A DNA stretch of 64,000 nt from assembly GCA_963781585.1 (NCBI GenBank), contig CAWAGQ010000006.1, forward strand, positions 160,001 through 224,000. The letters run 5' to 3'. Made by a program: the position numbers and the translations under genes. Within the stretch, counting starts at the first letter, position 1, and each line of letters starts with the position of its first letter. This document shows positions 49,172 through 58,946 of this stretch, piece after piece. Source of the stretch: an uncultured Gemmatimonadaceae bacterium. Lineage in GTDB: Bacteria; Gemmatimonadota; Gemmatimonadetes; Gemmatimonadales; Gemmatimonadaceae. The notes under the pieces were generated by a model that saw only the letters and a program-made list of their open reading frames with translations, was not told where the DNA came from and did not search any database.

Positions 49172-50014
49172 CGCCACTCCGTCCGCCAGCACGCGCGTGA
49201 GTCGCAGCAGGGCATCCTGCAGCGGGCCGAATCCCGCCGTCTTCTCCACGCGAAGCTCGTCGAGGTACAGCGCGCGATTGATCTCAATCTGCACGCTGTG
49301 AATGCTGTCGCCGGGCCGGCCGATGCGCCGGACGATTGCCCCGCCCTTGTACGGGTGGTTCACCGAGACCGCGTAGCCGAGGGATCGAAGCGTCTCCACG
49401 ACCAAGTGCGAGACCTGCGGCGAGGCGGTCGTCCCATCGCGGTCGGAGACCACGAAGTCGGCTCGCCGGTCGCCGGCGCCGTCCGGGGTCATGGTGTTGC
49501 CGGCGGACTTCATGGAGTGCCAGTCGACGTGCAACACCGGCGTCCCGCGCGAGTGCAATTCCGCCACCAGACCATCCAGCGCCTCGTGATAGGGTACGTA
49601 CACGTCCTCGAGACGCCGCTCTACTTCGGAGACGCGCAGCTTCCGCGCGTTCACGGGGACGCCCGGCGTCGCGAATCGCCTGATGAGGCCGAGCCCGCGC
49701 GCGGACTTCTCCGTGGGATTGAGGGGGAAGGGCCATGGTTCGGCGAGCAGGTCGGCATCGATGTCATCGGGGGGTCGATTGAGGTCGATGTAGCAGCGGG
49801 CGTAGGTCGCGGTGAGCAGGACGGCGCCCACGTCCACCGCCGGTGCGAGCAGCTCGTCGACGTACGCATCCTCGGCGCGACGGAGTTCCTCGATGGCGGC
49901 GCCCGCGGCCAGGTCGTCGGGATAGACGCGTCCGCTGTGCGGCGAGTCGTAGAGCAGTCGCGCCGGTCCCGAGGGTCGACGAATCTCGCAAGGCGGCGGC
50001 TCGCGCATCGCCAT
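49169..50014 (-). CDS. N-formylglutamate amidohydrolase family protein
   Basis: DSPHSG..YP, EDAYVDEL, RCYIDLNR, DWHSM, NHPYKGG, VQIEINRALY. Confidence 0.9.
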   Translation of the reverse strand: MAMREPPPCEIRRPSGPARLLYDSPHSGRVYPDDLAAGAAIEELRRAEDAYVDELLAPAVDVGAVLLTATYARCYIDLNRPPDDIDADLLAEPWPFPLNPTEKSARGLGLIRRFATPGVPVNARKLRVSEVERRLEDVYVPYHEALDGLVAELHSRGTPVLHVDWHSMKSAGNTMTPDGAGDRRADFVVSDRDGTTASPQVSHLVVETLRSLGYAVSVNHPYKGGAIVRRIGRPGDSIHSVQIEINRALYLDELRVEKTAGFGPLQDALLRLTRVLADGVA

Positions 50015-50015
50015 G

Positions 50016-51410
50016 TCAGTGGCCGGTGACCACCGCGAGCGCCGTGGCAACCAGGCAAAGCACCCCCAGCACGGCCGCCAGGGGCGCGATGAAGCGCAGC
50101 CACGCCCCGTATCCGACCTTGCCGGTGGCCAGGTAAGCGAGCAGCATCCCCGACGTGGGGGTGATGATGTTCGTGAGGCCGTTACCGAAGAGAAAAGCCT
50201 GCACCGTCACCTGGCCGCTCACACCCGCGATCTGTCCGAGCGGGCCGAGGATGGGCATGGTGACGGCGGCCTGCCCGGAGGTCGAGGGGATGAAGACGTC
50301 GATCACCATCTGGATCGCGACCATCAGTTGGCCGACAACGACCGGGTGGCGCCCCTCCACCGCGCGTGCCAGGAACGCGATGATCGAATCGAGCACGAGG
50401 CTGTTGCGCAGCACGATCTCCACCGCGGACGCGAGCCCGACCAGCAGCGCCGCGAGCATCATGCCCTGCGTCCCCTTGAGGAAGGCCTGTGCGGCGCGAC
50501 GGGAATCGAGTCCGGCGATCACCGCGAGGACGAGTCGAGACCGCGAGATACATCGCCGCGAGCTCGCGATTCCCCCATGCCAGTTGCTGCGCGCCATAGA
50601 CCATCAGCCCCACCGACAGGCCGAGCACCGCAAGCATGGCCGACGTGCCGCGCGGGAGAGCGGGCGACCGCGTCGGGGCGGACGCCGCGGTTGCGCCGCC
50701 ACTGTGGCCGCGCGCGTACCGCAGGAGGTACGCGATGCCGATTGGCAGGAAGATCGCGAACGTCGCGAAGCCGGAAGCCGGCCCCGCTGAACACGGGCAC
50801 GCCCACGATCGGCTGCGCGATGACGAGCGGCAGCGGATTGGTCACCGACGTCAGGTAGCCGATCTTCGCGGCTATGGTCACCATTGCCACACCGACGAGC
50901 GCGTCGTACCCCAGCCGCTCGGCAAGCAGCACCACCATCGGGATGATGACCAGATACTCCGAGATGAGTCCGAGGAAGGTGCTGCCGCAGGCGATCACCA
51001 GCATGAGCACTGGGGCGAGGACGTTGATGTTCCCACGCGTGGCCGTGAGTAACCGGTCCACCCCGGCCTTCAGCGCCCCCGACTCCTCCAGCACGCCGAA
51101 CATGCCCCCGATGAAGAGGATCATGAAGATCAGCGCAGCCGACTCGGACCATGCCCGCCGGAACGGAGGACACAATGGCAACCGGGCTTGCCGGATACGC
51201 CAGCGAATCGGTGCTCCGCATCGGGCGACGCAATCCGGCCGCGAAGTCCTTGGGGATGGTGTGGTACGTGCCCGGGATGACGAGTCCGTCCTTTGTGCGC
51301 TCGAACGTGCCGGCAGGGACGAGCCAGGTCAGCGCCACCGCCGCCGCAATGATGAGCAGCATCATCACCAGCGCGTGTGGCATGCGAACGCCTTGCGTGG
51401 GCAGGGGCAT
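50016..51410 (-). pseudogene. YfcC/DcuC-like transporter split by three +1 frameshifts (possibly sequencing errors)
   Basis: MPH...LTWLVPAG.FER, FIGGMF, TNP...IAQ...GVPVFSG, IPSTSGQA..TMPILGPL..., FLFGNG..N.ITPTSG; removing single bases near 51146, 50768 and 50535 gives a 463-aa ORF. Confidence 0.8.
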
Positions 51411-51728
51411 CTGAGGAGCGACGGGTGGTGTCCGGGTCGGCAGAGACCTTGCGATCGTGTCTGTTGGGACGGTCCTGCTCGACGGGAGCCGCGGAGTCGA
51501 ACATGGTTGCCGGACGATGCGCGGGCAAATCGGGCCGCGCCACTTGCCACGGGGCGCGTGGGCGAAGCACTTTCGCAGCTCACGGGTGCCTCACGGGGGT
51601 CTCGATGCTCGCTCTTTCCGGTTCGTTCGCACATTGTCGCCCGACCGTTCGCTCGTGCGGCCAGCACTCTGGCGGGACGGCATGAATTGCTCGGCGCTGG
51701 TCTCTTCACGTCGCTGCTCTCGCTGGCC

Positions 51729-52989
51729 ATGCTCGCGGCTCAGGTGGCGGCGCCCCTGGCAGCGCAAGGACGCTACTTCCCGCCGCGCGGCGAATGGGAG
51801 AAGCGATCACCCGCGCAGGTCGGCCTGAACCCGGCTGCCGTGGACTCCGCGGTCGCGATCGCTCTCCGCAGCGAATCGACGGCGCCGCGCGATCAGCTCG
51901 AGATGCAGCGCGGATCGTTCGGAAGGGAACCGCACGGCGAAGGGATCGGTCCGTTCAAGCCCCGCGGTGGCCCAGCGGGACTGATCGTGCGCCACGGTTA
52001 CATCGTGGCCGAGTGGGGCGATCCCGACCGCGTCGATCTCACGCACAGCGTCACCAAGAGCTTTCTCTCCACCACCGTCGGGCTCGCGTACGACCGCAAG
52101 TTGATCCGCGACGTGCACGACCCAGTGCGCCAGTACATGTCGCCGATCGTGGCGCTAAAGGGACCGCCGGGCAACGGCGCCGCCCTGGTGCCGATGCCGG
52201 CCGACGTGATGGGCGCCAACGTGAGCGACAGCGCCGCGCCGCCGCCGCCGGCGGGCGTAGCGTTCGACGCCTTCGAGGTGCTCCAGCCGTTCGAATCGGA
52301 CCACAATCGCAAGATCACCTGGGATGAGATGCTGCGGCAGACGAGCGAGTGGCAGGGGACGCTCTGGGGGAAGCCCGACTGGGCCGATCGGCCGCGCGGC
52401 GATATCGAGCAGTGGAAGCGCCGCGAACGTCCCGAGCCCGGCACCGTGTACACATACAACGACGTGCGGGTGAACCTGCTCGCGCTCGCGGCGCTCTATG
52501 GTGTGGCGCCGTCCGCTGCCGCAGGTGCTGCGCGACTCGGTGATGGATCCGATCGGCGCGTCGAACACCTGGCGGTGGTCCGGCTACGACAACTCGTGGG
52601 TGGTGCTCGACGGCCAGCTGGTGCAGTCGGTGACCGGGGGCGGGCACTGGGGCGGCGGCATGTGGATCAGCGCGCGCGACATGGCGCGCTTCGGGTACCT
52701 CACGCTGAACAGGGGACGTTGGGGGAACCGGCAGGTGCTCTCCGAGGCGTGGATCCGCATGGCGACCACGCCCGGCGTGAACCCGGGCTACGGCTTCTGC
52801 AACTATTTCCTGAACACCGGGCGGCGCGCGCTGCCGGACGCTCCGGAGCAGGCGTTCTACCACCTGGGGAACGGCAACAACATCATCTACGTCGATCCGG
52901 TGAACGACCTGGTGGTGGTGGCGCGGTGGATCAACAGCACGCGCTCCCTGGATGCGATGCTGAAGGCGCTGCTGACCGGTGCGCGTTAG
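51729..52989 (+). pseudogene. Serine hydrolase (class C beta-lactamase/NylB-like) with one +1 frameshift (possibly a sequencing error)
   Basis: HSVTKS (SxxK) and YND in frame 1; VWRRPLP...GGGHWGGG..ISARDMARFG in frame 2; extra G at 52500/52501; start uncertain. Confidence 0.8.
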
Positions 52990-53217
52990 GCGCCGGACCG
53001 ACGCGAGGCCGGGGTGCCGCGCCTCCAGGCGCAGGGCCGCCAGCGCGAACCCGTCCTGCTCACGGATCAGCAGCGCGCGCCGGAGACCGGGCCTAACGCG
53101 GACCGGAATGTGACGCCGGACACGATCCCGGTCTCCTGCGGCTGACGCTGTCGGCGACTCGACGCGCGGGTGCCGGTGTATCACCCGCGCCAGACAGTAC
53201 GCAAACCAGGAGGTCAC

Positions 53218-53859
53218 ATGCGGAAAGCAATCCCGGCCGCAATGATAGGCGGCCTGATGTTTGTAGCCTGCGCGCGTCAGGCGCGCATCGAGTCGGGCGG
53301 AGACGTCGATCTCAGCGCCACACCGCTCGACGCCCGCACGCTGCCAAGCGGGATCGCGGTGGACGTGCGTCTGGACAAGGAAATCGGCACCAAATCCAGC
53401 AGGGTGGGCGACCAGTTCAGCGCGACCGTCGAGCACGCCGTGGTCGCGCAGAACGGGGAGACCGTGGTGCCCGAGGGTGCCAGGGTCTACGGGACGGTGA
53501 CCGGGCTCGATAACTCCGAGCACGTCGGCGACCCAGCTGCCATCCGGATCGACTTCGATCACCTGAACATGCGGGGCAGGAACTATCCGTTCGAGGCCAA
53601 GGTGACGGCGACCAATCTGGCCACCCGCGGCCAGGACACGAGGAGCGAGACGCTCAAGAAGGCCGGCATCGGGGCCGCGGCGGGCGCCGCGATGGGGGCC
53701 ATTCTCACCGGCGGTGACCTCGACAAGATCCTGCTCGGCGGCGCGATCGGCGCCGCCGCCGGCACTGTTGTTTCGTTAGGCACGGGCGAAGTGGAGGGGG
53801 TCCTCCCGGCCGGCACCCACATGACGCTGCAGACCACCCGGACCATCGCGCTTCGTTAG
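53218..53859 (+). CDS. Hypothetical lipoprotein with TrbI/VirB10-like beta domain and glycine zipper
   Basis: SD AGGAGG, FVAC lipobox, VGDQFSATV...VVPEGARV.G.V, GAAAGAAMGA..G / GGAIGAAAG. Confidence 0.7.
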   Translation: MRKAIPAAMIGGLMFVACARQARIESGGDVDLSATPLDARTLPSGIAVDVRLDKEIGTKSSRVGDQFSATVEHAVVAQNGETVVPEGARVYGTVTGLDNSEHVGDPAAIRIDFDHLNMRGRNYPFEAKVTATNLATRGQDTRSETLKKAGIGAAAGAAMGAILTGGDLDKILLGGAIGAAAGTVVSLGTGEVEGVLPAGTHMTLQTTRTIALR

Positions 53860-53880
53860 GCACGCCGGTCCCTGAGGCAA

Positions 53881-53921
53881 GCGCCGTCCGCCGCGATCCA
53901 GGTCGCGGCGGACGGCGTTTC
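53881..53921 (+). terminator. Intrinsic terminator hairpin
   Basis: gcgccgtccgccgcga-tccagg-tcgcggcggacggcgt followed by TT. Confidence 0.7.
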
Positions 53922-54028
53922 GCACGCCCGGCGACGGGCGCCGCGCGGGTCGTACGGGAATGCCCAACCGGAGTCGCCCCGCGTCGGGGCCAGGCCGACC
54001 TGGGCTCAGGGAATAGATGACAAGGACG

Positions 54029-54079
54029 CCAGGCATATTGCCTAGTATACTTGACACCAGGCAATCGCGTCCGTACTCT
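54029..54079 (+). promoter_or_regulatory. sigma70 promoter with operator-like repeats upstream of the XRE gene
   Basis: TTGACA (54051-54056)-17-TACTCT (54074-54079); inverted repeat ATTGCCTAGT-N9-ACCAGGCAAT spanning -35; CCAGGCA repeated at 54029 and 54057. Confidence 0.7.
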
Positions 54080-54129
54080 TCCGGTCACCAGAGAAACGCA
54101 CCCGGCAGGCCCAAGCGGAGGATTCGCCA

Positions 54130-54348
54130 ATCGCTGCGCCACGCCTGGAGAATCGCCTGAAGGTCGCACGCGCCGAGCGCGGGCTGTCGCAAACCGACCT
54201 CGCCCGCCTCGCCCACGTCACGCGGCAGACGATCAGCTCGATCGAGACGGGCCAGTACATCCCGTCCGCACTGCTCGCCTTCATCCTCGCGAAGCGGCTG
54301 GGCCAGCGCGTCGACGAGTTGTTTACCCTGCACGGAGACGATGCATGA
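54130..54348 (+). CDS. Small XRE/Cro-CI HTH transcriptional regulator (not in the ORF track; non-canonical start)
   Basis: Manual translation (I/M)AAPRLENRLKVARAERGLSQTDLARLAHVTRQTISSIETGQYIPSALLAFILAKRLGQRVDELFTLHGDDA*; SD GGAGGA 7 nt before ATC. Confidence 0.88.
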   Translation: MAAPRLENRLKVARAERGLSQTDLARLAHVTRQTISSIETGQYIPSALLAFILAKRLGQRVDELFTLHGDDA

Positions 54349-54638
54349 AAGACGAAGACGTTGAACGCGACGAACGGACCGTCGCCACCGAGAACGTCAG
54401 CTATCGCTGGGCTTATCTGCTGCTGAGTTTCGGGTTGCTCGCGTCCACGGCGTATCGCGCATTCGTGACGAAGGAGGCGGCGTGGGACCTTCTCGGTCTT
54501 GTGATTCTCGGCGGCGTCGTCAGCTCTTCCTATCAGGCGACGCATCGCGTACTCGGCAAACGGTGGGTGCGCGGCAGTCTGCTGACCATGGCCGCTGCCG
54601 CGGTGGTCGCGGTGCTGATGTGGCTCGTGCTGCGCTGA
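54345..54638 (+). CDS. Small membrane protein (about 3 TM) coupled to the XRE regulator
   Basis: ATGA overlap with the XRE stop; ERDER motif followed by hydrophobic helices. Confidence 0.75.
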   Translation: MKDEDVERDERTVATENVSYRWAYLLLSFGLLASTAYRAFVTKEAAWDLLGLVILGGVVSSSYQATHRVLGKRWVRGSLLTMAAAAVVAVLMWLVLR

Positions 54639-54817
54639 TTTCGAGTGCGTGGCCGCCACGGTTGCGCGACGGCCGCTGTTCTGGCGTCGCCGCACGTCTG
54701 TTGGGGATGTGACGAGCCGCTGGCCCCGTGCGCGATGGTGCGGTGCGATCGCGCGCCAGTAGCGGCGAACGCGGCCCGCGCGCACGTTATCGGGCTTCGT
54801 GACCCGCGCGCCAGTCC

Positions 54818-55525
54818 ATGACTGCAACGGTAAAGTCCACCACAGGCCGTCTCACCCGCCTCGTCAGGCAGCTCCGCGCCCTCCATGGCGCGCCGGTCGC
54901 GCCCCCGACGCGCGATCCGTATCGGCTGCTGCTCTGGGAACAGGTCGGGTATCTGGCGGACGATGCAACACGGCTGGCGGCCTGGCGGCTGCTCGAGGAA
55001 CGGGTCGGCACGAAGCCCGACGAAATCCTCGCCGCGTCCACCAGTGCGCTGCGCGCCGTCGCGCGGCGCGGCGGATCGATCGCGGTGGCGCAGCGCGCCG
55101 AGCGATTGCGCACCGTCGCCCGTCGAGTCCGGGATGTATGGAATGGCACGCTACGCGCCGCGGTGCGTCAGCCGCTCGATCAGGCCCGCCGCGAACTGGC
55201 AAAGTATCCATCCATCGGCGTCCCCGGCGCCGAGCGGATTCTGCTCCTGAGCGGCGTGCACCCCGTTCTTGGTCTCGACTCGAATGCGTTGCGCGTTCTC
55301 CAGCGCCTCGGCTACGGACGCGAGTATCCGCAGTGGGCCCGGACGTATCGCAGCGTTCAGGAGGCCGCCGAGCGTGAGCTTTCGCGCACGGTGCCCGCGC
55401 GGCGAGCGGCCTATCTGCTGCTCCGATACCACGGTCAGACGCTGTGTCGTCGCTCCGCGCCGCTGTGCGAGGGCTGCCCGCTGCGGCCGGACTGTCCGAC
55501 CGGTTCGAAGGGTCGCGCCAGCTGA
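54818..55525 (+). CDS. HhH-GPD / endonuclease III-like DNA glycosylase with [4Fe-4S] FCL motif
   Basis: HhH-like LAKYPSIG..GA, LDSN..RV..RLG, C-terminal CRRSAPLCEGCPLRPDC (Cx6Cx2Cx5C). Confidence 0.8.
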   Translation: MTATVKSTTGRLTRLVRQLRALHGAPVAPPTRDPYRLLLWEQVGYLADDATRLAAWRLLEERVGTKPDEILAASTSALRAVARRGGSIAVAQRAERLRTVARRVRDVWNGTLRAAVRQPLDQARRELAKYPSIGVPGAERILLLSGVHPVLGLDSNALRVLQRLGYGREYPQWARTYRSVQEAAERELSRTVPARRAAYLLLRYHGQTLCRRSAPLCEGCPLRPDCPTGSKGRAS

Positions 55526-55645
55526 AGCGAGCCTGCCGCCTTGCCCGAACTCACGCCCTGAAACGGAGAGAAGGTCTGTGCGCTCGCGTAGCGAGCGCGC
55601 GTCCGCAGGCCTACATTCTGCCGACGTGATCCATTGCACGGCGGG

Positions 55646-58600
55646 ATGAGCACCGACCTGCGCGAGCAGCTCCAGCAGACGCTGGGCAGCGCGTACACGC
55701 TCGAGCGTGAGCTCGGCGGCGGCGGCATGTCGCGCGTCTTCGTGGCAGAGGAGACCAGGCTTCACCGCAAAGTCGTGGTGAAAGTGTTGTCCCCCGAACT
55801 CGCGGCCGGCGTCAGCGCCGAGCGCTTCGAGCGCGAGATCCAGCTCGCGGCCTCCCTGCAGCAGGCGAACATCGTGCCTCTGCTCTCGGCCGGCGAGACG
55901 AATGGACTGCCGTACTTCACCATGCCGTTCGTTGAAGGGGAATCGCTGCGAGTCCGGCTGGGGAAAGGGCCGCTGAGCGTGACCGAGGTGGTCGGCGTGT
56001 TGCGCGATGTGTCGCGGGCGCTGAGCTACGCGCACGAGCGTGGCGTGGTGCACCGGGACATCAAACCCGACAACGTGTTGCTCTCGCATGGCACGGCGGT
56101 GGTGACGGACTTCGGCATCGCCAAGGCGCTGTCCGCGTCGCGCACGAAGAGCGGCGACGCCACGCTCACGCAGCTCGGAACGTCCATCGGCACGCCGGCC
56201 TACATGTCGCCGGAGCAGGCGGCCGGGGAGACGGAGATCGATCACCGGGCCGACATCTACGCCTTCGGGTGCATGGCGTATGAGTTGCTCGCCGGCCATC
56301 CGCCTTTCCATGGACGGACCCCCACGCGCGTGCTCGCCGCCCAGATGAGCGAAACGCCGCCGCCGGTGAACGATCTGCGCCCCGACACGCCGGTGGTCCT
56401 CGGCGAGCTGGTCATGCGCTGTCTGGAGAAGGATCCCGGGTCGCGGCCGCAGTCGGCGAACGACCTCGCGCGGACGCTCGACAACGTCACCAGCGGCGCG
56501 GGCATGCCATCGATGCCCGCCGTGCTGCTGGGAGGGCGGGGCATGCTCCGCCGCGCCCTGCTCGTCTATGCGGCCGCCTTCATTGGCGTAGCGGTCGTGG
56601 CCAAGGCGGCGATCATCGCCATCGGACTGCCGTCGTGGGTATTCCCGGGGGCGCTCATCGTCATGGCGCTGGGCCTGCCGGTGATCCTGTTCACGGCCTA
56701 CGTGCACCGGGCCACGCGACGGGCCCTCACCGCCACACCGACGCTCACGCCGCGGGGCACCCAGCCGGCGGCGGCGGGAACGATGATGACCATCGCGCTC
56801 AAGGCGAGCCCGCACCTGAGCTGGCGCCGCGCCGCGTTCGGCGGACTGTATGCGTTAGGCGCTTTCGTGCTCCTGGTCGGGGCCTACATGGTGCTCCGGA
56901 TGTTCGGGATCGGACCGGAGGGCTCGCTGCTCGCCGCGGGCAAGCTGTCGAGCCGGGACGAGGTGCTGATCGCCGATTTCGCCGTGCCGGGATCGGACTC
57001 CTCCCTCAGTACCGCGCTCACCCAGGCCCTCCGGTCGCAGCTCGAACAATCGACGGCCGTCTCGGTGATGCCGGTCAGCTCGGTGACCGCGGCGCTCGAG
57101 GAATCGCGTCGCCCGGCGAACACGCGGATCGACCTCGACGTCGCCAAGGACATCGGACTGCGGCGGGGCGTGAAGGCGATCGTGGCGGCCGATGCGACGC
57201 AGCTCCCCGGCGGCGGCTACCTGGTGACGACGAAGCTCGTGAACACCCGCACCGGCGACGTGCTCGCGAGCTATCAGGAGACGGCGCAGGACGCGGCCGG
57301 GCTCCTTGGCGCGATCGACGCCGCGACGCGCAAACTGCGGGCGCGGATCGGCGAGTCGCTCAAGACCATCCAGGCCGAGGCACCGCTCGAGCAGGCGACG
57401 ACGTCCTCGTTGGAGGCGCTCCGCAAGTACGCCGAGGGGGTGCGCGCCAATGACGTGGAGGGCGACTACCTGAAGGCGGTGACGGTGCTGCGCGAAGCGA
57501 TCGCAATCGACAGCACCTTCGGCATCGCCTATCGCAAACTTGCGGTGGCGCTCAGCAATGCTCTGGAGCCGCCCAGTCTGCAGCGTGCGGCAATCGAGAG
57601 AGCCTACCAGCTCCGGGACCGGATGTCGCCGCGCGAACGCGATCTGGCGATGGGTGTCTACTTCAACACCCGGCCCTACGTCGATCGCGCCAAGGCGATC
57701 GAGGCATACAGTGACGCGCTGCGACTCGATCCGCGGTCGTACACCGCCAGCGGAAATCTCGGGCAGCTCGCGGCGTCGAAACGGGACTGGGAGGGGGCCC
57801 TCCGATATGGGCGGCTGACGGCGGAGCTGCTCCCGATGTCGTCGTTCGGCTACTGGTACGTGGTCGACGCGCTGGCGTCGACCGGGCGGTTTGCCGAGTC
57901 AGCCGCCATGCTCGATACGCTCGCCCGCGTGGACAGTACGAGCAGTACGTGGGTCCTGGCCAACGTTTCGCTGCTGGTGGCTCGACAGGACTACGATTCA
58001 CTGCGCGCGCTGCTCCGACGCCAAGTCACGGCCCGGGATCGCGACGCGCGTCTGGCAGCGATGCAGAACCTGGCCAACGTTGCGGCGGTTCAGGGTCGTG
58101 TCGCCGAGGCGCGGCGCTGGCTCGACTCGCTCAATGCGGGCCTGCACCTCCGGACCCGGGCGGATTCGGCGACGGCGACGCTGGGCCAGGCGTTCTTTGC
58201 TGCGGCGTACGATCTCGACCGCCCCGGCGCGATCGCCATGACCGATCGCATCTCGTCGCCGGAGTACCTGGCCGGGATTCCCTTGCCAGACCGTCCGTAC
58301 CTCGGCATCGCCGCCGTGTATGCGCGCGCCGGCGACGCGACGCGAGCCCGCGCGATGCTGTCACGCTATGATGCGGAGGTGCGTGACAGCGCGCTGCTGC
58401 GGCAGGACGGGGCGACCCGGCACGGCGTCCTCGGGGAGGTGGCACTCGCCGAGCATCAGCCGGACGTCGCGATCCGGGAGTTCCGTCTGGCCGACGTGCA
58501 GTCCGACGGCGCACCCGATCCCTGTGCGGACTGCCTCGACCTCGACCTGGGGCGCGCCTACGATCTCGCGGGGAAGGCCGATTCGGCGATCGCGGCCTTC

Positions 58601-58834
58601 GATCGCTATGTGCACAGCCCCTTCAGCGGCCGCATCCTGACGGACCAGTACTTCCTTGGTCCGGTCGTGAAGCGGCTGGGAGAGCTGTATGAGGCGAAGG
58701 GGAATCGCCAACAGGCCATCTCATCGTACACGCGTTTCACCGATCTCTGGAAGAATGCGGATCCACTTCTGGAACCCATGGTGAGCGACGTCAGGCAGCG
58801 GATCGCACGGCTGTCCAGGGCTGAGGGGCGTTAG
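55646..58834 (+). CDS. Hanks-type Ser/Thr protein kinase with TM segments and C-terminal TPR region
   Basis: LGGGGMSRVF, VVVKVL, HRDIKPDN, DFG, GTPAYMSPEQ, DIYAFG; C-terminal WKNADP. Confidence 0.93.
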   Translation: MSTDLREQLQQTLGSAYTLERELGGGGMSRVFVAEETRLHRKVVVKVLSPELAAGVSAERFEREIQLAASLQQANIVPLLSAGETNGLPYFTMPFVEGESLRVRLGKGPLSVTEVVGVLRDVSRALSYAHERGVVHRDIKPDNVLLSHGTAVVTDFGIAKALSASRTKSGDATLTQLGTSIGTPAYMSPEQAAGETEIDHRADIYAFGCMAYELLAGHPPFHGRTPTRVLAAQMSETPPPVNDLRPDTPVVLGELVMRCLEKDPGSRPQSANDLARTLDNVTSGAGMPSMPAVLLGGRGMLRRALLVYAAAFIGVAVVAKAAIIAIGLPSWVFPGALIVMALGLPVILFTAYVHRATRRALTATPTLTPRGTQPAAAGTMMTIALKASPHLSWRRAAFGGLYALGAFVLLVGAYMVLRMFGIGPEGSLLAAGKLSSRDEVLIADFAVPGSDSSLSTALTQALRSQLEQSTAVSVMPVSSVTAALEESRRPANTRIDLDVAKDIGLRRGVKAIVAADATQLPGGGYLVTTKLVNTRTGDVLASYQETAQDAAGLLGAIDAATRKLRARIGESLKTIQAEAPLEQATTSSLEALRKYAEGVRANDVEGDYLKAVTVLREAIAIDSTFGIAYRKLAVALSNALEPPSLQRAAIERAYQLRDRMSPRERDLAMGVYFNTRPYVDRAKAIEAYSDALRLDPRSYTASGNLGQLAASKRDWEGALRYGRLTAELLPMSSFGYWYVVDALASTGRFAESAAMLDTLARVDSTSSTWVLANVSLLVARQDYDSLRALLRRQVTARDRDARLAAMQNLANVAAVQGRVAEARRWLDSLNAGLHLRTRADSATATLGQAFFAAAYDLDRPGAIAMTDRISSPEYLAGIPLPDRPYLGIAAVYARAGDATRARAMLSRYDAEVRDSALLRQDGATRHGVLGEVALAEHQPDVAIREFRLADVQSDGAPDPCADCLDLDLGRAYDLAGKADSAIAAFDRYVHSPFSGRILTDQYFLGPVVKRLGELYEAKGNRQQAISSYTRFTDLWKNADPLLEPMVSDVRQRIARLSRAEGR

Positions 58835-58946
58835 GCAGTACGCCTGCCTCCACCGCCGCGTTCGCCGTCGGGAAGAGTGGTCGACGCTCCGCGGTCGCAC
58901 GCACGTCCCCCGCTCACCCGAGGCGTTCGGCAACATACTCATTCAA

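Noticed and set aside
50535..52501. Programmed ribosomal frameshifting or phase variation
   Set aside because: There are no slippery heptamers or long homopolymers at the shift sites, and three shifts in one transporter gene is implausible.
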